Shown piece after piece: positions 49,432-57,338 of a DNA stretch of 61,219 nt (position 1 is the stretch's first letter; each line of letters starts with the position of its first letter). The DNA is from an uncultured Gammaproteobacteria bacterium (GTDB taxonomy: Bacteria; Patescibacteriota; Patescibacteriia; Patescibacteriales; JAGXOH01): positions 1 to 61,219 of the forward strand of contig CAZWNU010000003.1 of NCBI GenBank assembly GCA_964635515.1, in the 5' to 3' direction. A program made the translations under genes and the position numbers. The notes under the pieces were generated by a model that made no database searches, was not told the origin of the DNA, and saw only the letters and a program-made list of their open reading frames with translations.

Positions 49432-50778
49432 TCAATATTCCAGACACCATTTAATGCTTCGAGGTATCTCCTCGATCAGATCAGAGGCCTTGTAGTAATA
49501 CGAGGCTTTTTTAGTTATTCTATCCCCGGCCAGACCGTTTAGAAAAGCTCCGGCGCAGGCGGAAAGGAAGATATCGTTTGTTGCTGCTAAGCCGGTGACC
49601 AGACCGGCCAAAACATCCCCGCTTCCCCCCTTGGTCATTCCCGGATTGCCTGAGTTATTTATTTTCACTTCCCAGCCATTACTGATGATATCTTTTCTTC
49701 CTTTGAGCAATATGGTGCATCGGTATTTCTTTGCCATTTTTTCCAGATTCTCCTTATTCGCCTTTAACTTAAAGAGATCTTCGAATTCTTGGGAGTGGGG
49801 GGTGAGAAGGCAGTTTGGGTTGAGTAGTTTTTTATCCAAAACTCTTAAACCATCAGCGTCCAGGATGATCTTTTTATTCCTATTTTCTCGAAGTATCTTT
49901 TTTACCCGGGTCGCGGTCTCCGGTCCTGTTCCCAAGCCCGGCCCCAGGAGAATAGAGTCAGACCTCTTTAGATATTTTTCAATCTCTTTTTCCGGGATTG
50001 ATATGAATTCCGGCAAGCTCGGCTTCAACTTTTTTATTAGATCCCTGTTTTCTGGAGTAGAAGAAATAAATACCAGATCTACTACCTTAGCCGCCATTTT
50101 AGAAGCTAGAAGAAGGGCGCCATGGTATTTTTCATTGCCTGCCCAGATGAAAACTTGGCCGTTCTTTCCTTTTCTAGAGTTTTCCTTTGCTCGATTCAGA
50201 GCCTTTACTTCTCCTACACCAATACTCTCCTTAAGCCATTTAGGATAGGATATGTCCAGAGTAACTGCTTTATCGGTCTTGGGTATCATTAAGGACAAGT
50301 TCAGATCGGGCTTGAATCCTGGAGCGGGCAGGTCTAGGGATATCTTTTCGGCCTGGATATGATTCATTTTTTCAATAATAGAAGGGTAGGGCTCTTTTAG
50401 TTTTTGGGAGATTCCGGTGCCAAACAAGCATTCAACTACCAAATCCGCCTTTTGGGGCAGATCTTGGGCCTTCACTCCGTAATATTTTTCTCCTTTGAAT
50501 TTTTCCCAATTTTTTCGAGTGAGTTCGGATTTGATCTGTTGAGGAACCAGGAAGACTGCAGGATAGTTATCTTTTTTCAAGTATCTGGCCGCCACTAAAC
50601 CATCACCCCCGTTGTTTCCGGGGCCACAGATGAAAACAATCTTTTTCTTGTTTCCTATTTTTTCTCTTATGGTCTTGGCTATTTGCCTCCCGGCATTTTC
50701 CATCAGTTTTTCTAAGGGGTAGTTATGGTAGCGAGCGTTTTCGTCATAGATGAGGCTTTTTTTAACAGGATCCAGCAT
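49432..50778 (-). CDS. nnr: bifunctional NAD(P)H-hydrate epimerase/dehydratase
   Basis: LMENAG, GPGNNGGDG (YjeF-N); KGKNG, GPGLG, LDADGL, LTPHSQEF, LLKG, GNPGMTKGGSGDVLAG (YjeF-C). Confidence 0.93.
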   Translation of the reverse strand: MLDPVKKSLIYDENARYHNYPLEKLMENAGRQIAKTIREKIGNKKKIVFICGPGNNGGDGLVAARYLKKDNYPAVFLVPQQIKSELTRKNWEKFKGEKYYGVKAQDLPQKADLVVECLFGTGISQKLKEPYPSIIEKMNHIQAEKISLDLPAPGFKPDLNLSLMIPKTDKAVTLDISYPKWLKESIGVGEVKALNRAKENSRKGKNGQVFIWAGNEKYHGALLLASKMAAKVVDLVFISSTPENRDLIKKLKPSLPEFISIPEKEIEKYLKRSDSILLGPGLGTGPETATRVKKILRENRNKKIILDADGLRVLDKKLLNPNCLLTPHSQEFEDLFKLKANKENLEKMAKKYRCTILLKGRKDIISNGWEVKINNSGNPGMTKGGSGDVLAGLVTGLAATNDIFLSACAGAFLNGLAGDRITKKASYYYKASDLIEEIPRSIKWCLEY

Positions 50779-50948
50779 AAATTTAATATATTATTCTTCT
50801 CTCCAGCTTATTATAATTTGTTCTTTGTCACAAGTACGTTGTATTAAATCATCTAAAATGACACTGAAATTCATGGCAAATCAAAAGCAGTTAATTACTA
50901 AACTGCCATGAACAGAGAAGAGTTAAAATTATATAAAGTTTACAAATT

Positions 50949-50979
50949 AAAAAAGGCTTATCCAGGGTCGAAGTAAGCC
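50949..50979 (-). terminator. intrinsic terminator after the ATPase gene
   Basis: On the minus strand: GGCTTA...TAAGCC followed by TTTTTT. Confidence 0.6.
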
Positions 50980-51012
50980 ATAACTTAATACCTTGTTAGT
51001 ACGACAGATAAA

Positions 51013-52260
51013 TTAAAACAACTCTCTAAAAGGGCTAAAAATAATGTTAGTGGCACCTTTTTTTTGTTTATGACTCCAAGACTTGTTAATAATAAACACT
51101 TTGGAAGGAGAGTAAGTGTCAATAAAACTATGAATAGATCGACCCAATTGGGGTTGTTTCAAGTTTTTAAACTTGGCTTCATAAGGAATCAACCCTTCTC
51201 CGGTTTGTAAAACAAAGTTTATTTCAGCTCCATTTTTGGTTCTCCAAAAATTAAGTTTATCAGTAGAATAACTGGTTTTATCTTTTAGAGCATTATGAAC
51301 AAAGTTTTCAAATAAATATCCGGCTTCGTCCTTTTTTTCCAGGGGATTGGCTTCTCCTAAAACATAGTTTTTTAAACCTAGATCAAAAAAATAATAAAGT
51401 GGAGCTTTGCTCAGCTCTTTTCTAGGGTTAGTAAAAAAAGGGGTAAGCTTTGAGATAATAAAGGTTTTTTCTAGATAAAACAAATATTTTTTTACATAGA
51501 TTTGTGATAAGTTCAAAGTATTGGCCAATTCAGAGTAGTTAACAGTCCGACCAACTTGAGAAGAGATTAGTTTAATTAAATTGCTAAACTCTTCCACCTT
51601 TCCCACGTTTAACCAAAAAGCAATGTCTTTTTCTAAATAACTCTTGTAAATCTCGTCTAAAAACCTTATTTTTTCTTCATAAGTAGAAGCTAGAACAATT
51701 CTGGGGTAGCCACCAAAAACAAGATATTCTTTAAGCAAGGCTTCTCCTTGTTCTGAATTGATTTTAAAAAATTCAGCCCATTTACCTTCATACTGATAAT
51801 CGGTTTTGTAATTAACAAATTCTTTAAAATTTAAAGTATTTAGATTAAAAATTAATTTTCTGCCAGCCAAAGATTCATGAATTTTTTCTTTTAATTCTAA
51901 ATTACCTGATCCAGAAACGATAAATTTGTAAGGTAAGTTCATGTCATACAAGCCTTTTAAAAAAAGTCCGGAGTTTTCTTTTCTTTGAATTTCATCAATA
52001 AAAATGTAAGCCTTTTTGTCTCCTATTTCTAGTTTAATTTTATTTATTAAAGCACTAGCTGAAACAAAATGAGGTTTGTCTTTTTCAATATCCAAACTTA
52101 AATAAAGAGTTTTTTGTCCTTTTTGGTCTAAACTCTCTTTTAAAAATTTCATAACAGTAGTTTTGCCACATTGCCTGGGGCCAGTGATAATTAGAATCTC
52201 TTTAATATTTAGGTATTTCTTTAATTCAGTTAATAGTTCTCTTTTGATTTTTTTAGTCAT
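51013..52260 (-). CDS. ATP-binding protein, AAA_14 + DUF4143 family
   Basis: GPRQCGKTT, FIDEIQ, SGS, ESLAGR, GGYP, HTH-like SELANTLNLS, YFFDLGL, EINF...EAK; visibly AT-rich. Confidence 0.88.
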   Translation of the reverse strand: MTKKIKRELLTELKKYLNIKEILIITGPRQCGKTTVMKFLKESLDQKGQKTLYLSLDIEKDKPHFVSASALINKIKLEIGDKKAYIFIDEIQRKENSGLFLKGLYDMNLPYKFIVSGSGNLELKEKIHESLAGRKLIFNLNTLNFKEFVNYKTDYQYEGKWAEFFKINSEQGEALLKEYLVFGGYPRIVLASTYEEKIRFLDEIYKSYLEKDIAFWLNVGKVEEFSNLIKLISSQVGRTVNYSELANTLNLSQIYVKKYLFYLEKTFIISKLTPFFTNPRKELSKAPLYYFFDLGLKNYVLGEANPLEKKDEAGYLFENFVHNALKDKTSYSTDKLNFWRTKNGAEINFVLQTGEGLIPYEAKFKNLKQPQLGRSIHSFIDTYSPSKVFIINKSWSHKQKKGATNIIFSPFRELF

Positions 52261-52288
52261 AAAGCGATAATTTTAAAACCATAGTTTT

Positions 52289-52316
52289 ATTATAGCACGA
52301 TAATTTTGAAAGTCAA
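52289..52316 (-). promoter_or_regulatory. sigma70-type promoter of the ATPase gene
   Basis: On the minus strand: TTGACT, 16 nt, TATAAT with TGn extension. Confidence 0.6.
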
Positions 52317-52393
52317 GTTTTGTTCTAGTCCAGCTCATTTTGGACAACAAGCCATTATTAAGTAAATAATCCACAATGGCCTTGCTGGAAAAG

Positions 52394-52430
52394 AAAAACC
52401 TTCCCGGGCAGGCCACCCGAGAAGGTTTTT
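52394..52430 (-). terminator. intrinsic terminator after the secreted protein gene
   Basis: AAAAACCTTC..GGG / CCC..GAAGGTTTTT stem with T-tract. Confidence 0.75.
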
Positions 52431-52451
52431 TGAGAGAGTTTAATTAGAGTT

Positions 52452-52940
52452 TTATCTTGAATTTTTGCCTTGAAAGCCAGAGCTCTTATTTCTGCCAAAG
52501 CCTTTTTCCATTCCCATCTCTTCTTTTATTTTCCTCATTTCTTGTTTGAAGTCCTCATGGTTTTCAAGTTGAGAGAATTCCTCTTCCCCTAATCGGTCGG
52601 ATAAGGGGCAATTGTCACCGATTGCCTCTTGCCAAGATTGGAAGTCACCTGAGTTTATGGCGTTTTGGATTGCTTCTGATCTCAAAGAGACTCTGATCTG
52701 CTCTCTCTCTTGCTTGAACTCATCACGTCTAAGGACCAGATCTTCTTTCCATTCTTCTCTTTCTTTTATCCAGCTATCCTTTTCTTCTTCACTTAAATTG
52801 CCCTTACTACCTTTGCCCGGGAAGAAGGAAAACCCATTTTCATCACTGGCGGCCAGAGAGGCGGTGGCAACACTTCCTATTGCCACCAAAGAAATTAAAG
52901 CGGCCGAACCGGCAAGGAATAAGTTCTTTTGTTTTTTCAT
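52452..52940 (-). CDS. secreted helical/charged hypothetical protein, probable ECF target
   Basis: Signal peptide (MKK...ATASLAA), E/K/R-rich helices, AINSGDFQSWQEA, Gly-rich tail. Confidence 0.75.
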   Translation of the reverse strand: MKKQKNLFLAGSAALISLVAIGSVATASLAASDENGFSFFPGKGSKGNLSEEEKDSWIKEREEWKEDLVLRRDEFKQEREQIRVSLRSEAIQNAINSGDFQSWQEAIGDNCPLSDRLGEEEFSQLENHEDFKQEMRKIKEEMGMEKGFGRNKSSGFQGKNSR

Positions 52941-53035
52941 AATGTTTTTAATATTCAGCTAAATGTTAATCGATTTAGCCAAACATCAAGGTTACTTTTA
53001 ATGATTTCTTTAAAGAAATCTTTGGGGCCCTCACC

Positions 53036-53048
53036 TAAGTAATACGCA
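53036..53048 (-). promoter_or_regulatory. candidate ECF promoter element, copy 1
   Basis: TGCGTATTACTTA on the minus strand; 12/13 identical to 54459-54471. Confidence 0.55.
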
Positions 53049-53060
53049 TTAATCCCAATT

Positions 53061-53846
53061 TTATTTTAAGCATTCCTGTTCCGGTTGCCCGAATTCACGA
53101 TTTATGTTTCTTTGAAAGAAGTTTTTGCCCGAGCCCATAGGTAGGATTTTGTAAGCGGTGAAGTGATTTTCATTTTCCTTTTCTCCCAAGACTCTGATTA
53201 AGTTTCCATCTCGGATCTGCTCTTGGGGCTCGGATCGATTTGATCCAAAACTGTTTTTTTGAAACTCGGTTTTTACGATCCAGTCTCTACCTTCACAGCA
53301 CCTGAAGTTGAATGTATTATCTTCTGTTGCGGCAATTACCATTCCGGATAATCGTCCCTTGTTCGGTTGGCACCAGAATTCGGTTCTGGGGTTGATTATT
53401 TTGCCATAATAAGGAGCCCTGCCGCTCAAAACCTCGTCAATTGCCTTACCTACTCCGGAATAGAAAAAGATGATCCCTAGAATTACTCCGATCAAAACCG
53501 TGAAGAACAACAGAAAGGGGATCGAATATCTATATCCTCTCTTGGTGTTTTTTAGATCATAGATCAGAATTGAGATAAATATGAACAACATTAACATCCA
53601 GAAGATCGGGAGGAAGAGCAAAATAAATTCTAGCCAACCATCAGTTAGTCGGCCATAAATTTGCCAGTCATCAGATTGGAAAATGTATATGATAACCGAG
53701 ACAGCAACTCCTTCCAAAAGTAAAAAAATTGCTCCAATTACCCAAAAAAGACGATTTCTAAGAGTAAAGATCCATTTCGGTCTGGGCTTTAGATTCTCGG
53801 ACTGGATTCTGTTTAATAATTTTTGAGCAGAATTAGGCTTGGTCAT
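53061..53846 (-). CDS. putative anti-sigma factor (3 TM plus extracytoplasmic OB-like domain)
   Basis: Overlaps the sigma stop by 14 nt; short basic cytoplasmic N-terminus, 3 TM, GRLSGMVI...IRVLGE. Confidence 0.65.
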   Translation of the reverse strand: MTKPNSAQKLLNRIQSENLKPRPKWIFTLRNRLFWVIGAIFLLLEGVAVSVIIYIFQSDDWQIYGRLTDGWLEFILLFLPIFWMLMLFIFISILIYDLKNTKRGYRYSIPFLLFFTVLIGVILGIIFFYSGVGKAIDEVLSGRAPYYGKIINPRTEFWCQPNKGRLSGMVIAATEDNTFNFRCCEGRDWIVKTEFQKNSFGSNRSEPQEQIRDGNLIRVLGEKENENHFTAYKILPMGSGKNFFQRNINREFGQPEQECLK

Positions 53847-54438
53847 ATCGCATATTCAAGTTATTTTTTTGAAATTCTTTTAAGCATTCTTGCTTAGCCT
53901 CTTTGATCAAAGTGGCCACCGTTCCCTGGGGTTTCATTATGATATCGGATATTTCTTTGTAGCTTTTTTCTTCCAGGAATCTTAGAAACAAAACTTCTCG
54001 ATGCTTCTTTTTCAATTTACCCAGAACATTATCCAGTTTTTGTTTCAAAAGTTTAAGATCCATTTCTTTTTCCAAATCCAACTTACTTGCCAAAGTTTCA
54101 ATCATTTCTTCAGATAATTCAACAGAGAAATTTTCCGCTCTGATTCTTTTCTTCCTAAAACTACTGACTACCTGATTATGGGCGATCCTGTAGATCCAAG
54201 AAGAGAATTTTAAATCAGTATCAAAATCAGTCAGGTTGCGGAAAGTTTTAAGAAATATTTCTTGCAATATATCCTCAGCTTCCTCAGGGGAGACATTGGT
54301 AATTCTCCTAATGTAGTGATATAGTTTGATTTCATAACGGTCAATTAGATGAACAAAAGCATCCCGATTTTCAAGAGTTTCCCTCACTAATTTTTCATCA
54401 GTTTTTTTATTTGAATGATTGGATTTTTCTTCTGTCAT
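53833..54438 (-). CDS. ECF RNA polymerase sigma factor
   Basis: Region 2 AEDILQEIFLK..FSSWIYRIAHN; region 4 LRFLEEKSYKEISDII.KPQGTV. ATG 54438 preferred over GTG 54453. Confidence 0.92.
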   Translation of the reverse strand: MTEEKSNHSNKKTDEKLVRETLENRDAFVHLIDRYEIKLYHYIRRITNVSPEEAEDILQEIFLKTFRNLTDFDTDLKFSSWIYRIAHNQVVSSFRKKRIRAENFSVELSEEMIETLASKLDLEKEMDLKLLKQKLDNVLGKLKKKHREVLFLRFLEEKSYKEISDIIMKPQGTVATLIKEAKQECLKEFQKNNLNMRYDQA

Positions 54439-54458
54439 AGAAACATAATACACCTTAG

Positions 54459-54471
54459 TAAGTATTACGCA
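54459..54471 (-). promoter_or_regulatory. candidate ECF promoter element, copy 2 (autoregulatory)
   Basis: TGCGTAATACTTA on the minus strand, 20 nt upstream of the sigma ATG. Confidence 0.55.
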
Positions 54472-54773
54472 AATTATTCTGTTTTTTTTGGTTTTGACCT
54501 GATAGAGAGGAGGTGGTGATCGGTCTTTTTTATCAAGGAAAAACCAAGTTTTTTGGATTATTTGTTTTTCCGGGTGTATAATTGATAATAGAAGTTCAAG
54601 CCGACCCTGAATTCGTCTTGAAGAAAATTTTACATTAAAGTAGAATTTTGATTATTAGCAGCAGAACCTTGGTATTCAGAAGGAGATAGTGGTTAAGGAT
54701 ATGATTATTGGTTCAAGATTTTTGAGATTCTCAACCGATTTTAGGTTACGATTTTTCAATTAAGATAATTATT

Positions 54774-55049
54774 ATGTCTTCCAGAAAATTAGTCCTGGAT
54801 CTTCATCCGATCTACAATAAAGGAGATTTAATAGAAAAGGAGTTAGAATCGGTTATCCAAGAAGCAATAGAGAAGAAGGCTAGAGAGGTGGAGATAATTC
54901 ATGGCAAGGGGAGTGGTCAACTGAAAAAAAGGGTGTTGAGGTTTCTGGACCGGAAAGAGATTAAGTCCCGATACCACCGTTTGAAAAAAGATTCTGACAA
55001 CTCCGGTCGAGTATTCGTCTACTTTCGTTGGCCCGGTTCCCAAAAGTGA
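54774..55049 (+). CDS. stand-alone Smr-domain protein
   Basis: LDLH, EIIHGKGSGQLKKRVLRFL, NSGRVFVYF. Confidence 0.88.
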   Translation: MSSRKLVLDLHPIYNKGDLIEKELESVIQEAIEKKAREVEIIHGKGSGQLKKRVLRFLDRKEIKSRYHRLKKDSDNSGRVFVYFRWPGSQK

Positions 55050-55105
55050 ATTTCCGATTTAACAAAAAAGTCGCAATCAAATTACGACTTATGTCTTTGT
55101 TCGGA

Positions 55106-55240
55106 TTAGATCAGATTGTTTTCAACTAATTCCTTTTGTCTTTTCCTCCTTCTTTTCTTTCTTCCGGCGCCATTTTCCTCTGCTTTGTTCTTAATGTTTT
55201 GACTTCTCAGCTTGGAGTCCTTTCTCCTTTTTTTGGTCAT
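55106..55240 (-). CDS. 44-aa Lys/Arg-rich small protein (absent from the ORF track)
   Basis: MTKKRRKDSKLRSQNIKNKAEENGAGRKKRRRKRQKELVENNLI*, translated by hand; SD AAGGAGGT at 55246-55253. Confidence 0.6.
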   Translation of the reverse strand: MTKKRRKDSKLRSQNIKNKAEENGAGRKKRRRKRQKELVENNLI

Positions 55241-55416
55241 ATTCAACCTCCTTGATGAGATGTTTGTTGTTTTAATGGCTCCAGTTAGGTTTTTTAAGTT
55301 TACAACGATTTCAAGATTAGCTCAAGGTCTAGAAGTGTTTTTTAAGAACGAGTTTGTCCAGGTCGATTGGTTTTGAATAAAAAAAACGGTCCGGGTTTTT
55401 TAATCTATTCTTGGTT

Positions 55417-55449
55417 AAAAAAACCTCAGCCTGATCAAGCTGAGGTTTT
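55417..55449 (-). terminator. terminator immediately after tRNA-Glu
   Basis: AAAACCTCAGC/GCTGAGGTTTT stem with T7 tract on the minus strand. Confidence 0.8.
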
Positions 55450-55453
55450 CTAG

Positions 55454-55525
55454 TACCGCCACGGGGAATCGAACCCCGGTCTCCAGGATGAAAACCTGGT
55501 GTCCTAACCACTAGACGATGGCGGC
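55454..55525 (-). tRNA. tRNA-Glu(TTC), CCA not encoded
   Basis: Minus strand GCCGCCATCGTCTAGTGGTTAGGACACCAGG-TT-TTC-AT-CCTGGAGACCGGGGTTCGATTCCCCGTGGCGGTA. Confidence 0.95.
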
Positions 55526-55606
55526 TTTGTTTTTCTCAATCGGGCTAGCCGGGAGAAAAAATAAATATTGCATTTTTCCAAAAGGAAAAATGCAAAACTA
55601 GTATTT

Positions 55607-55635
55607 AGTATAGAAAAGTTTTTTGTTTTAGTCAA
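55607..55635 (-). promoter_or_regulatory. sigma70-type promoter of tRNA-Glu
   Basis: On the minus strand: TTGACT, 17 nt, TATACT. Confidence 0.6.
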
Positions 55636-55674
55636 ATCCCCGAGGTTATTAAAACCGTGATCCTTTATCGACTC

Positions 55675-55707
55675 AAAAAGCCCTTTGTTATTTGATCAAA
55701 GGGCTTT
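55675..55707 (-). terminator. terminator after the 157-aa ORF
   Basis: AAAGCCCTTTG / CAAAGGGCTTT 11-bp stem with T5 on the minus strand. Confidence 0.7.
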
Positions 55708-55713
55708 CTCTTT

Positions 55714-56187
55714 CTAGTGCCTCGCTTCCAATTTCGCGACATGGAAACCACAAATTAATTCATCCGCTTGTAAGGGGTGGGTAAATTTTAGGTTTTTGGC
55801 TCCCAGGCCCTTAAGTAGACGCCTTTCTTTCCTGTTGATATTCTCCAAGAATATTTCCAGTTGGCTTGGTTGGGTGTTTTCCAAGGTGCATTTGTGGAAA
55901 ATTAAGAAAAACAGGCCCGAGCTCTCATCAAAGATGACTTGTTTCAGGCCATAATAACTCTGCTGGTCGGGAGCCACACCCCAAGCTATATCCGGGCCGT
56001 TTTCTAACTTGGTCTTTCCCCAGGGCAACCCCCTTCCTCTTGTGAATGATTTTAGGAATTCTATTTCTCTTTGCCTTTCCCTCCCGTTCTCGGACAAGAG
56101 GCAGAAAATGATTTTTTTACTTCGAAATGATCCCAGTTTAGTAAATTCATTTTTAAAGGTTACCGATCTTTTGTTGCTAGGTTTCAT
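55714..56187 (-). CDS. hypothetical protein (157 aa, no family recognised)
   Basis: Open frame with SD GAGGAGG and its own downstream terminator. Confidence 0.65.
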   Translation of the reverse strand: MKPSNKRSVTFKNEFTKLGSFRSKKIIFCLLSENGRERQREIEFLKSFTRGRGLPWGKTKLENGPDIAWGVAPDQQSYYGLKQVIFDESSGLFFLIFHKCTLENTQPSQLEIFLENINRKERRLLKGLGAKNLKFTHPLQADELICGFHVAKLEARH

Positions 56188-56281
56188 GTCGCCCCTCCTC
56201 TGAATTTGATTTTACATTTAACTCAAAGTTTTGTATTGTGCTATTATTAAGATTAATATATAAATTTTTTAAAGTCAAAAT

Positions 56282-57322
56282 ATGAAAATTTTAGGTATTG
56301 AAACCAGTTGTGACGAGACTGCAGCTTCAGTGATCGAGGCCGGAGAGAGGGGAATTAAGGTTTTGTCTAATATGGTTTCTTCTCAGGTAGAGATCCACAA
56401 AAAATACGGGGGTGTTATTCCGGAAGTGGCCGCCCGTCAGCATATATTGAATATTTTACCAGTGATCAACAAGGCTTTGGAAGAGGCCGGGCTTAACAGA
56501 AATACCGCCCCAAAGGAGTTAAAAGCAGTAGCTGTGGCCAACGGCCCCGGCTTGATTACTTCTTTGATAGTGGGAGTAGAATCAGCCAAAAGCCTGTCCT
56601 TTGCCTGGAATCTTCCTTTGATTCCTATTAACCATATTGAGGGACATATTTACTCTAATTTCATAGAGCACGCGGATCAAATAAGGTTTCCGGCCTTGGT
56701 TCTGACTGTTTCAGGGGGTCATACCATGTTGGTTTTGATGAAGGGTCATCAAAATTATCAGATAATCGGTGATACCCGAGATGATGCAGCGGGTGAAGCT
56801 TTTGATAAAGCGGCCCAAATTCTGGATCTGGGATATCCCGGAGGTCCGGAAGTGGCCAGAAGGGCGGGAGAATTTAAAAAACAAGGCAGCTCCACAGACA
56901 TTGTTTTCCCCCGTCCCATGCTTAAAAGTAATGATTTTAATTTTTCTTTTTCCGGATTAAAAACTTCTCTTTTGTACAAAGTTGAGAAAGACAAAGATTG
57001 GCAGAGCAAGGTCTCTGCCTACTCTTTCAGTTTCCAAGAGGCTATTATAGATGTCTTGACCCAGAAGGCCATACGAGCAGGAAAAGAATTCGGGATAAAG
57101 ACACTTATGTTGTCCGGAGGGGTTTCAGCCAATTCGGAGCTGGTCGATCATTTGAGAAAGGAGGTCAAAGAAAGCTTGGAAGGAGTAGAATTTTTTCATC
57201 CGGAGAGAGCCTATACCACAGATAATGCCGCTATGATAGCAGCAGCTGCCTACTACCGAGCCAGGGCTGGAAAATTTCAAAACCCCGGAGATGTCTCCGT
57301 TCACTGCAATGCCGAGTTGTGA
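56282..57322 (+). CDS. tsaD: tRNA threonylcarbamoyltransferase TsaD
   Basis: ILGIETSCDET, GGVIPEVAARQH, GPGL, NHIEGH, SGGHT, DDAAGEAFDK, FSFSGLKT, TDNAAMIA. Confidence 0.97.
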   Translation: MKILGIETSCDETAASVIEAGERGIKVLSNMVSSQVEIHKKYGGVIPEVAARQHILNILPVINKALEEAGLNRNTAPKELKAVAVANGPGLITSLIVGVESAKSLSFAWNLPLIPINHIEGHIYSNFIEHADQIRFPALVLTVSGGHTMLVLMKGHQNYQIIGDTRDDAAGEAFDKAAQILDLGYPGGPEVARRAGEFKKQGSSTDIVFPRPMLKSNDFNFSFSGLKTSLLYKVEKDKDWQSKVSAYSFSFQEAIIDVLTQKAIRAGKEFGIKTLMLSGGVSANSELVDHLRKEVKESLEGVEFFHPERAYTTDNAAMIAAAAYYRARAGKFQNPGDVSVHCNAEL

Positions 57323-57338
57323 GTTCTTGATCCTATTT

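Noticed and set aside
50830-51010. dif/Xer site or integron attC-like sequences (GTACGTTGTATTAAAT; ACTAAC...GTTATGG)
   Set aside because: Only a partial XerD-arm match with no XerC arm; the putative attC cores are too close together to form the element; no integrase in the window.
54480-54773. Protein-like fragments in the ECF/Smr intergenic region (e.g. IEVQADPEFVLKKILH)
   Set aside because: Short, no start codon or SD, multiple stops, and no recognisable parent gene, so a pseudogene cannot be supported.
51013-56187. Integrative element inserted at tRNA-Glu
   Set aside because: No integrase or transposase, and no duplicated tRNA 3' end (att site) found by eye.
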